Positions 13,431-26,729 of a stretch of 64,000 bases of DNA are shown here, piece after piece (position 1 is the first letter of the stretch; the number at the start of each line of letters is the position of its first letter). The translations under genes were made by a program, and so were the position numbers. The notes under the pieces are model-generated. The model worked only from the letters and a program-made list of their open reading frames with translations. It made no database searches and was not told where the DNA came from. The DNA is from Octopus sinensis (Eukaryota), in assembly GCF_006345805.1 (NCBI RefSeq), contig NC_042999.1, positions 108,314,001 through 108,378,000 on the forward strand, read 5' to 3'.

Positions 13431-14330
13431 GGATGCAAGGTCAATCATGAATATGTTGGTGGGGTGGCTAGCTAGGATAAGCAGGTAATGATCAAGGAGG
13501 TGATAGGTGGCAGCAAGACGACGTAGGGTGTGAGAGTGATGCATAGTGCTAGGGACAAACTGAGAGGTGTACATGAGTGGAAATGGTGAGACACAGAGAC
13601 AGGGATAATGATGGGGAAGTGATACTGGCAAAACAAGGAACACTGCAGAGGAAGCGGGTATGAAAGGGGTGTTCAGCAGAATAAGGCAGTAAGGGATGAT
13701 ACTGAGAATACGTGAATAAGGAAGTGGTCTCATAATTACAGCAGCTGAGTGAATATTTCTGTAGTTAGGAGGGTGATGAACTGGTGGGTGTTAGGAGGAT
13801 GAGTTGTGGGAGAGACAGCTGATTGGAAAATGGATTGTAGGGTAGGTGGTTTGTCAAGAAGGGACTGGGTGCATGGACATGGATTGTGAGTGTGAGAGAG
13901 AAGGAATATTTGTTATCAGATTGTGTGCAGGGGCATAGATAGATGCAACATGCTTTTGAGTTCATTTTTGTTTAGGTGAATGGGTTTTCTCAATTACCAA
14001 TCATTTTGGTCCTTTGTCATCTCCTCTGTGAGGCTTAACATCTGGAGGTGATTCTTTACCACTTCACCCCATATCTTTCTGGATCTTTCTCTTCTATAGG
14101 GGTACCATTTCTCCATTTTTTCATCCTTATCTTCGTATACATTTGCTTGCTTTCTTCCAAGGAATCTAGTGCTCTTAGCTTAAATTTTCTCGGGGCCAGC
14201 CAGATTGGAGCAGTCTTGAGTGTAACCGGCTGAAACTGCTAAGATAATCAGGTACTCGACTGAGGATAGTAAGCTCCAAATGACCTGTCCTTTTTTGTAT
14301 CATCTAACTGCCCAGATGTTTTGTCACCTG
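13430..14330. mobile_element. Unresolved retroelement-derived segment adjoining the Penelope RT
   Basis: Abrupt switch to purine-rich, higher-GC sequence, compositionally the reverse of the pyrimidine-rich block at 28680-29110. No protein motif recognised. Confidence 0.35.
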
Positions 14331-16886
14331 TCACATTCTTGTTTCAGTTTTTGCTTTCTTTTATATATATATACGTATATTCTAAAAGATGCTATTGTAC
14401 ACTTACTTTTTAAGTTAACATGATTATTACTGTTTCACCCCAGGATAAGAAGATCAGTAATTAAAAATGTTTTAGGCAGAACCGTCCAGTCTTTTGTATA
14501 TCTAAGATTATATTATCTAAAGTGTCTGTAACTTTTCAAGTTGGTAAAATGGTATTTGAAATGAGACTGGGATGCCATCTATAGCATGTGAATGGCTAAG
14601 TAGAGGCTCCCACATTAGCTTTAAAATAATATGGTTTTGAAGAAACCTATGTTCTATTTATGCATTGTTTTCAGGTTATAGTTCTGTTCTCTACCAAAGT
14701 TTTAACACATTTACTTATCATTATTCTTCAATTTGTTGTATATATTTATTATTAATGGTTGTTTGCGCATAATTAGCAAGAATTATCTTAAAGATGGTAA
14801 TGATAAAAAATATTTTTTAATTTATTGCTATCATGGAGCATATTTTATTCATGAGTTATTAGTTAGCATTTAAAAAATACTTTGTAAAACTCTTTGATTA
14901 TGTCAAAAACATTATTTCTTACTGTTTCTTATATCATTTGTGTTGTATCTGTCTCTTTGATAGTAATACTGATAAAATTCCCTCAAATCATGCACTTTTA
15001 TTTTAAAGAAAAGAATAACATACTAGCTCATGTTACCCAAGATAATCCAGCTGAAAAGCAGATGTACTCATTAATTTGAGAGTTTGATCAACACTGAGAT
15101 GGAGCTAAAGAACAACATAAATATGCACATGAACTTTCAATAGTATATACCTTCCAAAAAATAGGAAAATGGTCAATTCTTGAAAAAATATTGTGAAATT
15201 GAATGACACACTAGACTATGTAATGAACCTTGATTTTTCTCTCTTTAAGAAAAAAAAAGTAAGAAAGGATGATCACTACAGAAATATCTTTGATCATATA
15301 TCTGTTTGGATCAGGTTTGACTTGCATCTGAACAAACAAGAAAAGCCACTCTTTCACATATGAACTCTGTATCTTACCTCCCAGATTTCATTTTCCCAAT
15401 TACTTTCTAAATTGAATTGTAATCCTTTAGAATTGCAACTCCAACACACCTAAGTACTTCCCACAATGCATTCAATTGCAGAACATTAAGTTGAAAATCA
15501 ATTGAACATATTGGTGTGGAAATGGGCTGGAGTACATGCAAGGACTTTATGCTCAATCCCTGCTTTCAATTCAATTAAAACTATGAATTTACAAAGTAAA
15601 TTAAAAGAAAACTATTCATTATAGCAGAGGTTTTGTAAATCAGAAAAATCTTGCAACTTCAGAATGCTGTTGTTACTAAAATTTTGAAAATAATTTTCTG
15701 TTGTTATGGACACAATTTGAAATATTTATTTCACATCTTAAAATAAACTTCAAACACATTTGTTGTATTCTTATGTCATATAAATGAAATTTCATCTTTT
15801 TCATAGGCCAATAATAATTCTATCCAGAAGAATTTTAATAAATATCGAAGCTCATTATTAGCATGAACATATTTTCAAGTTTATATTTATGAGAAAATAC
15901 ATAAAAAGAAAGCTAGTAGGAATATGTATAAAAATATTTACATAAAACTTTGTAATTCAAAGTTCTGATAAAATTATAGCTTATTCAATCAACTGGTTGT
16001 TTTTTATAACCCTTTTCAAAAATATATTCTATCATATATCTCGGTTTCCATGTAATTGTGTAGAAAGGGAAAAATAAAATACTGAAGACAATAGCTTTAT
16101 AAATATGACATATATCATAATACAGTGAAGGATCGTTTATTCTTTATAAGAAATATATTCTTAAAAATATAAATAAATCTGTTGTGTATGTGTGCATGTA
16201 TGTGTATACATACACATGCACACACATGATTGTGTGTCAGTATGAAACAACATTTACAAGTACATTATGTTGTTGTTATATTTTGAAAATTAGGAATATT
16301 GGATTTATTACTTCAGGATCAGTAAACATGATTCTAATATCTGATAATCAGTTATAAAATTCTAAACCCATTTATTTCTGTCTCTTGCAGTTCTCCATGT
16401 GACAATTTTGGGGAAAGAGTTTTTAGCAAATTCAATTTGTGCATCAATTCTCCTAAATGAAGCAGCAATGTTTAATTCATTTTAAAATTTATGTTGTCTG
16501 TATAAACAAGATAAGTTTACATTTTCACCATAAAAGAAAAAGTTTTAAATAAACCCAATATTTAATTATGATCTAATTTTAATGATATTCACAATAGATT
16601 ATTAAATATTTATGGGTATAATAAAGTTTAAAAGAAGCATAGAGATGTGTTTTCTATATTCAAGGAAACCGAAGAAATCAAGTATTTTTATTAATGTTTT
16701 AAATTATGCTTCCAATATACAATAATATCTGTCAAGCTTAATCTAGGACTAGCAGACAGCAGGCAAACAGCTGACATCAAGAAAGCAGACTGATAATCTA
16801 TTCGTGTTGATAAGACAGTTGAAAATCTATTTATGTAAACTAAACAGGTTCAACCTATCTATGCTGAATATTTGGGTGCAAAGTGC

Positions 16887-17030
16887 TTATGTTGACAACA
16901 CACAATATGCTTATGTTGACTACATAATAATATTTACTTGTATGTTGACAACATGAAAGCAATGTCCTTATGTTGACTGACTGGAAGCAGTGTTATGTTG
17001 ACTGCACAGTTACTATTTGCTTATGTTGAC
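16887..17030. repeat. Array of six TATGTTGAC cores with divergent spacers
   Basis: TTATGTTGAC at 16887, 16911, 16968, 16993, 17021 and GTATGTTGAC at 16940; periods 24, 29, 28, 25, 28 nt. Confidence 0.9.
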
Positions 17031-17595
17031 TAGGTGGACATCATATTTTTATATTAATTATATAGACATAATATTCTTTTACTGATTTCAGTCCTTAGAC
17101 TGTGGCACCTTGCTTATTTTTGTTACACATTCACAGTCAGATCATGCATATATATTATTTCATGAATATACTTTTCATTCCTGCAGCCTTCACAACTGAT
17201 TATTTTATAGCCTCTATAAAAAAAAAAGATACGTTAAATGGCTCTTACAGAATATGAATTTAGAAATATGAGATATCAAGTAAAATATTTTTCTGATGAC
17301 AAACCATTCTCATATCAGGTATAAATCCATCATTTTTCATAACAGAAGAAAAAATTGTAAACCAATCTTAATATTTTGACATTTATTTACATGCATACAA
17401 GCCATGCTGTATCAGCTGAAGTGCAGAATTCTTGATATTTCTTCAATAATTCTCTCTCTATATTCAGTCGCCATGGAGATTTGGAAAGCTTTTAGATATG
17501 CATGGTATTTCATTCACATTTATAGAAACTCACATGCAAAAATATTCAACACATGTAACACCTTCATGATTCATAATTTGATTTCTCCTCCTCAT

Positions 17596-17632
<37 letters not shown>

Positions 17633-18405
17633 TCACAAACTTATATTCTATAACTTTTAACTCTTACTTCTCATAGAATTCTTTTGAGCTAACAAGAAAA
17701 TTTCTAACACTCTCTCTGCTAGAACTAGCAGCCAAATCTACTTCATATAATACACTAGTCTCTTAAAAAAAAGGAAGGACACATGATATAATTGTTGTCC
17801 TAGGTGCACTGCATATGAAAAAGACAAGATGGCTATCGCTAAAATGCCTTTGGTCATAAATCTGCTCAATTCTGGTTGATTTACATTTAATTATCATTAA
17901 CACTATTAAACACAGCTACTCACTCACATTCATTATCTCTCTCATACACTCAACTGCATATGTCGCTGTCATTATTGGGTTTTTTTAAAGGATGGACGTC
18001 TTGGACAGTTCAGGTACCAACATGTGACAAAATTTCAGTATACACTGTTTTTGTTTAACATTATTCATAGGTCACTGGAAGAACATTTGTCTTAAAGCAA
18101 CATTTGTTTTTTTAAGAGAAACAAGGGCACCACATTGCGAGTATAGAGAGAAATTTTGAAACGCATATAAATTGGAAGAACAACAAGTGTATGGCAATGT
18201 TCCTGCTGATATTTTCATGCCTTACAAGAATAATCTTGTTTGTTTTGTTTCTCCCTCTCCACTTACCCATTCTCATGCAGGCTTTTCTCCTTTTTGTGAT
18301 GATAGTGGTGGGGGATCACATCTGCTGGCATGGAAGTGTTTCAAGGATGTGATATTTTACATGACAGCAACCTTTCATTCTGATATTTATTTTCCTATTA
18401 CCGAA

Positions 18406-18436
<31 letters not shown>

Positions 18437-19324
18437 ACTGTGTTATCAGACATTTGTCCTGGCTTGTTTATGCGCAACATGGAGTTTGTATTTATTTCAG
18501 GTTAAGTTGTTAGTTATAAGCAAGAAAGAAGTCTAAGTTAATTCCTTTCATTGAAAGTGGAGGGGCAGTGGATTTACGTCTTGTGATACATCAAGTTTTG
18601 CAGTAAAACATTGTCAGATGTTGAAACATCTTATATAACATAAAGATTAATATCTATTGTCTAGTTAGTCAGAAAATTGGTACATATCCAAGTATTTTGA
18701 TAATGTTTTTTGTGGCAAGGAAAGAAATTGAGTTGGATTAAGTATCAGTTGTAATCACAAAACTTAATGCCAAGCCAATGAGGGGAACCTTTGCACTAAT
18801 GTTTCCAGCCTTGAGTTTACAGGCTTCTCTGAGTTGGCCAGCAAAAAACCATACTAGAGATCTCTGAGCTGAGTTCAAAATTTACTACATACACAGTCCT
18901 TTCAAAAGCCTTAGGTTTTGGAAGAAATTTATTTAAGAAGTGGGTCCATCGTAGTGAAAATGTTGAGAAACAAGGTTCCACATAGCTGCTGAGTCTGTTA
19001 GAAATATCAACCAAATTTTGTGTTTGATCATAATACAATGTCTTTAAAATAGGAGAAATGCATTGAGTACTGTTGTACTGAGAGAAAGATGTAATTCTCC
19101 CTTTACTAGTTTCAGTCATAGGACTGTGGCCAGGCTGGAGCACTACCTTCATGAATTTTATTGAATTATATTGACCCCAATACTCTGATAAATGTGAAAA
19201 TGAAAAGTGAACACTGATGTGACAGGAGATAACATTGTCAAATAGCAATACTGTGGTGTATTTCTGTTTGAATTTACTCATTTATATAAATGAGCACATA
19301 TCCATACATACATCTATACATGCA

Positions 19325-19373
<49 letters not shown>

Positions 19374-19699
19374 TACACTTTCCATCCAACCCATGCTAGC
19401 TCAGAAAACGGACGTTAAACGATGATGATGATGATCGCATATTGCTTGTACACTGTACTCAGAAGACAATAGTGAACCTCAGGCTGTGTTAGGAATTATA
19501 CTCTGAACTACACAGTTGCAAAACAAACCTCTTAGCAGTACAACTTTTACTGCATTTAATAATGTTGTCTGACTTCGAACATTTTCGGTTATAAGTCTGT
19601 TCATTTTGAGCTGACCTGGGGCAAAATAACACCAGCAATAACACTTAAACTTTAAATGTGCAAACATATCTAATTTTTTTTGTTTTTCAATATAAACAC

Positions 19700-20100
19700 A
19701 GGCATGGCTATTAAGTTAAGAAGCTCACTTTACAACCACATGGTTTCAGGTTCAGTCCCACTGCATGGCACCTCGAGGAAGTACCATCTGTTATAGCCCT
19801 GGTCTGACCAGTGCCTTGTGCATGAATTTGGCGGATGGAAACTGTGTGGAAGCCCATACACACCCATGTGTATATGTATGTGTGTGTGCCTTTATGTTTG
19901 TGTATGTCCCACAATTGCTTGACAACCAGTGTTGGTTTGTTTACATCCCTATAACTAAGTGGTTTCATCAAAAGAGACCAACAGAATAAGTACCAGACTT
20001 TGATAAAATAAGTACTGGGATTGATCTGTTCAGTTAAACACTTCAAAGTGGTATTCCAGCATGGCCACAGTAAAATGAGTGAAACAAGTAAAAGATAGAA
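19700..20100 (+). mobile_element. Same SINE family, near full length
   Basis: Head, internal microsatellite and the tail TTGACAACC..AGAATAAGTAC..CCAGCATGGCCACAGT..GAAACAAGTAAAAGA. Confidence 0.85.
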
Positions 20101-22164
20101 TAGCAAACCATAAATAACTGAATGTTCTGTTGCTTTTGCCATTTCAATATTGGAGTGATTTACAGAAAGCATTGAATAGAATGCTGTTTAGCACATAGTT
20201 ATGAATTTTTACATCAATTTCAAATCCCACCAGAGTTGGTTTTACCTCTCATCCTTCTGGAATTGCTAAAATTCTGGAAGGATGCATGGGGTCGGTCTTA
20301 ATTTCCTAACATCTACTCTTCATTCAATACTTAAGACCAGGTACCTATGTTAAAAATCTATAACAGTAAATAAATTTTTGTTTCTGCTTCTCTGAATCTG
20401 TTTGGATTACCATTTCTAGAATTAAAATTCTGATACTTGATCTGTCATTATAGTAAACAAACTCCTTACAAAAGGTTAAAATTTTTATTGAAATGTCATT
20501 ACTTACTCTCATTTCCTTTATTTTCCTTATTTAATGAAGAATTTTCTATGGAGACATTTCCCTTAACAATACTACACTGAATAGCACTTGTCTTTTATTC
20601 AGTTTAGCATTTCTTCCTTCTAACATGCTTATAAACTGGTGACAGACTTTGCTTTTCTACCAAGGATTTATCAATAATTCTTTCTTTATATTGTGGCATA
20701 ATGGTTTTATCAATAATTAGAACATTTCTAAAATATAAGAAAAAATTTAAAAAATTTAAAAAATCTGTATTCTTCCATTCATTGACTGATTAATATCACT
20801 CACCACTTTCATTCTTTGGTGATGATAATATCTCATGTTTTGTTGTTCCTTTTTTCAAATCTTTTATTCCATTTCTTGAAATTTACTTTATATGTTCCTT
20901 GTTCAATAAATGTCAATATTTCTCACACTGCCCACTTAATATTCAAATCCTTGAATCCAACATTTTAAAATTTTTTTTATTGTAATTTGCATTTTCACTA
21001 TTTTTACTGAGAACTTCATTCTCAAATATTTTTAGCATCCAACTTGTTAATAATATATTGGTTATTTCACAGCCAGTCATTTCTCTTTTCACTTTATCCC
21101 CTCTCACCACCACCTTGTATCTTATAAGAGTTATTTTGATCAATATATTTGCTAGTATCATGAGGAAGCATTGGAAAAAAGAACAAAAAAACTTTTAAAT
21201 ACCTACATAATATTATTTCACCTTTATGGGTTTATCATAACAATGTTCAATCCTGTTTAAAAGGGGTGAACCTACTACATTTTTGACACTAACAATACTC
21301 AATGATACTTTACTTGTGTACAAGAAGGCAAAACTTTTCTTGATATTTATTAACATTCTGAAATTGTAATATTTCATAGCTTTAATAACATTTTATATAA
21401 CTTTCCTCACTATTATATATTTAAATTAATCTATACTCAACAGTTGATTTAATCAAAATCTGTTCTGAGTTAGGTTTTTATTCACCATGTTTTGTATATG
21501 AAAATATTTCTGGGTGAATTCTTTCAACAAATGAATGCAGTGTAAGTAAATAAGTTAATAAATAATAAAAAAAACTATTAAAATATTAAGTTATTTCAGT
21601 TTGGTATTGCTATTTCTGTTACAGTTTAATTTTTTTCTAGACTTCTAAACCTTGATAACAATTCTGTCCTTCAAAATTACTTTTACTTCAACCATTGAAC
21701 AGTGACCATAGCACATCACCTTCAAATGTTTAGTTGAACATGTCAGTATTTCTGATACCACCAATACTTATTTCACTCTCATTGTTGAATCACTAAATTA
21801 CATCATATAAACAGATATGAATGCCAGTATGCATATACATGTATGTATATTGTAGTTGGAACTTACAAAAAAAATAATAAGACGAAGACAGGTGTGTAAA
21901 CAACAAACAAGTGTATTAGTTTAATGCTCAGGAAAGTGAGAAAGTATTTTACATTTTGAGCCGACGCTCTTCAACGGAAAGGAAGATGACAAAATAGTGG
22001 CTAGCAGTTGATCACAGGTTTGCCCATGCCTAGTGTCGATCAGTATATATATCTATACTTTATTAATACAGTATATTACTCTACCTCTTGTATTTGAGTA
22101 CTATTTTCTCCATCTTGTTTCACATTTATGTGCTTACTCCGGTGTGTGAGTGTGCGTTTTTATA

Positions 22165-22196
<32 letters not shown>

Positions 22197-25100
22197 GTAA
22201 CAAGAACTTTGAGATGGAAATTCATAAATCTTTTAATGCATTGCTACATATGTTTCCACAAAGCACGTTTTTGTTGATGCATTCCCCATCCATAGAACAT
22301 TATAAATATGATTAGCAATATTCATGGATTTTAAGAGGAACCATTAATACATGTAATATATGTGTGTCTGTGCAGTGGTTTCTACACAGTTTCCATCTTC
22401 TAAATCCTACTCACTAGGCATGGGCCAACCTGTGATAAGAATAAAAGTGACTTATCTAAGATGCTACACAGTAGGATCAAACCCAGATCCACTATTGGGA
22501 AACAAACTACTTAACCACGCAGCTATGCTTACATCTTCATTCTTCCACCACTAAATCTCATATTAATTTATGGAAATTTTTTAAGCTTAAATTTCTTAAT
22601 TGTTTGAATTTTTAATAATATCCATTATTATCTAGAATTCTTTAATTGTAATTAAGAGATAAGGTTAAAGATGTGGCTTATTAATCACTCCACTCGTTTT
22701 CAGTCTTTCACACACAATTATTGTTTTGGTTTGTTATCTCAAGGGAGTGCTAGCCTATTTAAAACCTGAACACAGAATGTAGAGAAAGTAAACAAGATAT
22801 TTTAGGGCATTTTACTTCAGTATTAGATAAGGCCTCTGTCAGGTAAAGCTGACATTACATCTGTACATGCATGTACAAGAATGGGAAATACTTTTTGAGA
22901 AGACTGTCTGTTGCTCATGCACAAAATTCTCTTCCTGTCCACAACATTGATATTTACCCTAGAGAAACAGGTTGCTCACTTTTTCCACTACAGCTTGGCA
23001 TCAGTGTCATTATAGGCTTTTCTGCCTGAACAGAACACTAAGAGACAGAACAAATTGTACAAGGCATCCTGTGCTAACCTACTACCTTGAATGGGTGTTT
23101 CTTTATTGATCCTGAAATGATTAAAGGCAAAGTTGACCATGGCAGGATTTGAACTTAGAGAATAGAAACTGGAAACGAATACCACAGAGCACTCTATTCC
23201 TCACTCTGATAACAATCCTAGTTTGTCACCTCCCCCTGTATTAGCTAATTCGTTTTAAAAATATTATGTTGTGATGTTGAAACAAACTTAGTGATTTTGT
23301 AAAACAGAATTAACAAGAATTTTGAAGAAGGATAAACAATTTTTTGTTATTTATGTTATTTTTGGCAAAGTAGAAATAACTGACTGTTTTCTTAACATGT
23401 TGAGTGAAAAGTCATCTTTTTTTACATAAAAATCCAGAGATTTTTCTTTTTAACTCTTAGGAGACTGGTATGTCTATGCTGTAAAGACAGATAGTCTCAG
23501 GAATGAACTTATATTTATTTTGAAGAAGAAAAAACATGTTATTTCTAATTTTGTAATGTTAAATATGAAGCTGCACACTTCATCCAGTTTATTCATTTCT
23601 TTTATATGTATAAAACAACTACAAAATATGTATTTTAATTGATTTATAATGTATGAAAAAATATATCTCAGATAGAATTATTGCTTCTGTTTAACCCTAG
23701 ATTAGCCCTGGTTTAATAGAGTTATGATCAAAGGCGTTTTAGTTATAACCATTCTAGGAGTACACTGTATAGCCACACTTATGTAACTCAATGGAGATTT
23801 GGCTGTTATTTCTAGCAGGTTTTGAATTCCACATCAGCTCAATTGAAATGAAGGCTGTTAGATTTGGTGTGAGATAAAAAGGGAAGGATCAGTAGACATT
23901 ATAGAGAACAGGACCCAATACTGTCTTAGGTTAGTCTACAGGCAATAGGTAGACACTATTGGCTAATTATACTCAGTTTGTACCTAGGCCCAATAGCAAT
24001 TGTTAGAGCACAAAGAAGAATTCTCTGCAATGTTTGTTCCACTGCCTGTACTCTGAGTTCAAATCCCACTGAGGTAATTTTTACCTTCCATCCTGTGGGT
24101 AAACAAGTATTAGTCCAAAAGTGGATTGACAGAATTTTTAGAATGTTAGAAGCAATGTCTTACTGTGTCAGATCTGGCTCTGTGTGTTCTGCATTCATAT
24201 CATACCTTTTGTCTTCAAAAAAAAAAAAAAGGCAAAAGAATGGTAACACTTCTGCTCTCAGAAGATTTGACCAATAGATCATATCAGGAATGGAAAAAAA
24301 ACTAATGAAAACATAGTTCCTTGGTTTATTTCATTGACCAGAAGATCAGCTGTCTCACCACTACCAATTACAACCATGTGAATATAACCTTTTATACATT
24401 AAATCAACTACTATGAGTTATAACCATTGTACAGTGCTTAGGTTTTTATGTTATAATTGAAAAGAAAAACAATTCAAATAAAGTCTGTTCAAACTAGAAT
24501 TTTCTAGAATGAGTTTAACTGTAATATGTCAATAAATGAGAAACAAAGCAAACATACAGAAAGACACAAACATGTTTATTGAGATAATATATTCTCCCAG
24601 TCTGCACACAGAATGGTTGACACTTGGAAGGGTAACAAATATTAAACTGTTTTCTTCATCTACTTATGTCCTGGCACATAAAATGTTTACACGCCTGCTA
24701 CATGATCAGAAACAAGATATCTAATGGCAATGCTCTACATATTTGGGATGGTGCCAAATATGGTCAGGAAAACTTAAGTAACAATATCAGTATCAAAGAT
24801 CAAAAGTTATTGTGGTGTTGATATAATTTTAGTGGTAGGGTGGCAATGATGATGACGACAATGTTGGTGATGTTAATAATAACGATGGTAATGACAATCG
24901 TAGAGTATGGTAATGGTGGTAGTTGTTGTTTATGTTTAATGAAGCAAACTTTTGATTTAAGGCATTCCAGTCATGACCACCCTGTCTTTTATTCAGACAT
25001 AGTATATCTAAGATTATATTATAATCATCGTTTAGTGTGTCCTTTTCTTAGACAGTAGGGTGTGATTTAAGGGAGATTTGGTTGCTATTTCTTGCTGGTC

Positions 25101-25450
25101 AAAATCTGTGTAGAGGTTCTGTCATTAACTCAGATGATGGTTTAATGGGAAAGGATCACTCTAATGTTATGGGGACACCTTATGTCTGCTATTAATATTT
25201 TGTGTTTTTATTGTATCCATTTTATTTCAGGGTTACTATTTTCCAGTTACCTTCAGTAATAAATAATTATGCCCATTTGTGAATTTTTTTACAATCTGAT
25301 TAAAACCATTGAGATTGGTTTATGCTGTTAATTATTTTAGTCTTTTTCTGGTTTCTCTCGTTTAATTAAATACTACAATTGATAAAATTGACTGAACACT
25401 TGGTTGTCTGTAAGAATTTAGTCAATCTTTGACTGTGGGCAATGATTTAA

Positions 25451-25977
25451 CCCTTCAGCATTTAAATCAGTCATATTCGGCCAAAATATTTTACCTATCA
25501 TAAATTTGAACCTACTAGATCACACCTACCCTGCAATATCATTTTAAAAGTAAACAATCCCATCATCAAAATCTCAGTTCCAAGATTTATTTATGCACCC
25601 TTTTCAAGCCTAGCCAGACTCATGGGCCTGGTTTCTGTGGCGTATGTGTTCCCCACCAGCTGGACAGGATGCCAGTCCATCGCAGCATTTCTCAAGAATC
25701 AGGAAGAAAGAGTGAGAGAAAGTTGGGGGCGAAAGAGTACAACAGAGGTTGCCCCCCCCCCCTGCCGGAGCCTCATGGAGCTTTAGGTGTTTTCGTTCAG
25801 TAAACACACACAATGCCCAGTCTGGGAATTGAAACCATGATCCTCCAACTGTGAGTCCGCTGCCCTCACCACTGGGCCATTGCGCCTCCACAGCAGCTCC
25901 AAGATAATGCTTGATTAATTCAAACATTGTGAATAAATAAGCATTACATTTGACTGAATAATCTGAATGTTAAAGGG
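25451..25977. mobile_element. piggyBac-type MITE (TTAA TSD) interrupted by a tRNA-derived SINE
   Basis: TTAA|CCCTTCAGCATT ... AATGTTAAAGGG|TTAA. The internal SINE (about 25587-25893) is flanked by near-identical CAGTTCCAAGAT and CAGCTCCAAGAT. Confidence 0.75.
25595..25890 (-). mobile_element. tRNA-derived SINE, same head as 1841-2215 but different tail
   Basis: Reverse complement begins TGGAGGCGCAATGGCCCAGTGGTGAGGGCAGCGGACTC; TSD-flanked inside the piggyBac-type MITE. Confidence 0.8.
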
Positions 25978-26183
25978 TTAAATTGATGCAACATTTAGTT
26001 GGATAATCTTTTAACTAATTTTTATTCATTAAAAACTAAGTTTACTTTGTGTACCACATCCCTTTTCAGATGTAAATGCTACAAAGTATTCATACTGATA
26101 TGCACAGATCCCTGCACATACAGCACTCAACACACAGAAACACACATATATGTTCCAGATAACTTTAGCCTCTTGTACTACTA

Positions 26184-26187
<4 letters not shown>

Positions 26188-26231
<44 letters not shown>
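26188..26231. repeat. (CT)n microsatellite
   Basis: Direct reading. Confidence 0.95.
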
Positions 26232-26233
<2 letters not shown>

Positions 26234-26456
26234 CTGCCCCTCTCTTCCTCCTTTCACAGCAGGATGTCCACAGTGTATGTAGGCATGCATGTGTGTGTGT
26301 GCATGGATATTACCTTACCTGAAAACGTGAGGGTCAATGATAAGAAGGGCATTCAGCTATAGGAAAATCTGTCTGAACAAATTCTGTTTCCTTTTCCATG
26401 CAAGCATCGAAAAAGCAGACATTAAATGATGGTTACAACATATATGTATGTGTGTA

Positions 26457-26492
<36 letters not shown>

Positions 26493-26592
26493 ATAGTGAT
26501 AAAGGGTGAAATTAATTAATTAAGAAGTAATTAGTAATATCACCAAGTAGCATTCGGCATGAAAAAAGACCATTCTATGGTAAGTTTAAGTA

Positions 26593-26729
26593 ATACTATA
26601 TAATTAGGGTTCAGCAATGATTAGCTTCACCACACACCGAAGTTGTGCTATAGCTAGGATTTTGACTGCTATTTCTAAACTTCAGTGTGTGGTGAAGCTA
26701 ATCGTTGCTGAACCCTAATTATATAGTAT
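26593..26729. repeat. Inverted repeat, 52-bp arms, 33-nt spacer
   Basis: 26593-26644 versus 26678-26729, 2 mismatches. Confidence 0.92.

Noticed and set aside
14255-14305. Possible hammerhead ribozyme (CTGAGGA..CAAATGACC); similar at about 2765, 570 and 21960 (-)
   Set aside because: The essential GAAA is CAAA/AAAA or absent and stems I-II do not pair, so these are at best dead remnants of Penelope-associated hammerheads.
14894-15079. 61-aa ORF with a hydrophobic N-terminal segment
   Set aside because: T-rich DNA readily yields hydrophobic stretches; no splice or homology support.
16887-17030. CRISPR interpretation of the repeat-spacer array
   Set aside because: The repeat is only 9-10 nt, spacers are 14-19 nt, there are no cas genes, and the context is eukaryotic. 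Kept only as a motif cluster.
22862-22877. 16-bp perfect palindrome TGTACATGCATGTACA
   Set aside because: Built from the locally common TGCA/TGTA microsatellite motifs.
24290-24400. Minus-strand peptide VVIGSGETADLL resembling a Rossmann GxGxxA motif
   Set aside because: The frame is short, bounded by stops and lacks matching splice sites; likely chance.
26310-26330. TTTTCAG|GTAAG recursive-splice-like motif on -
   Set aside because: Lies inside a dispersed (GAT)n-tailed repeat copy.
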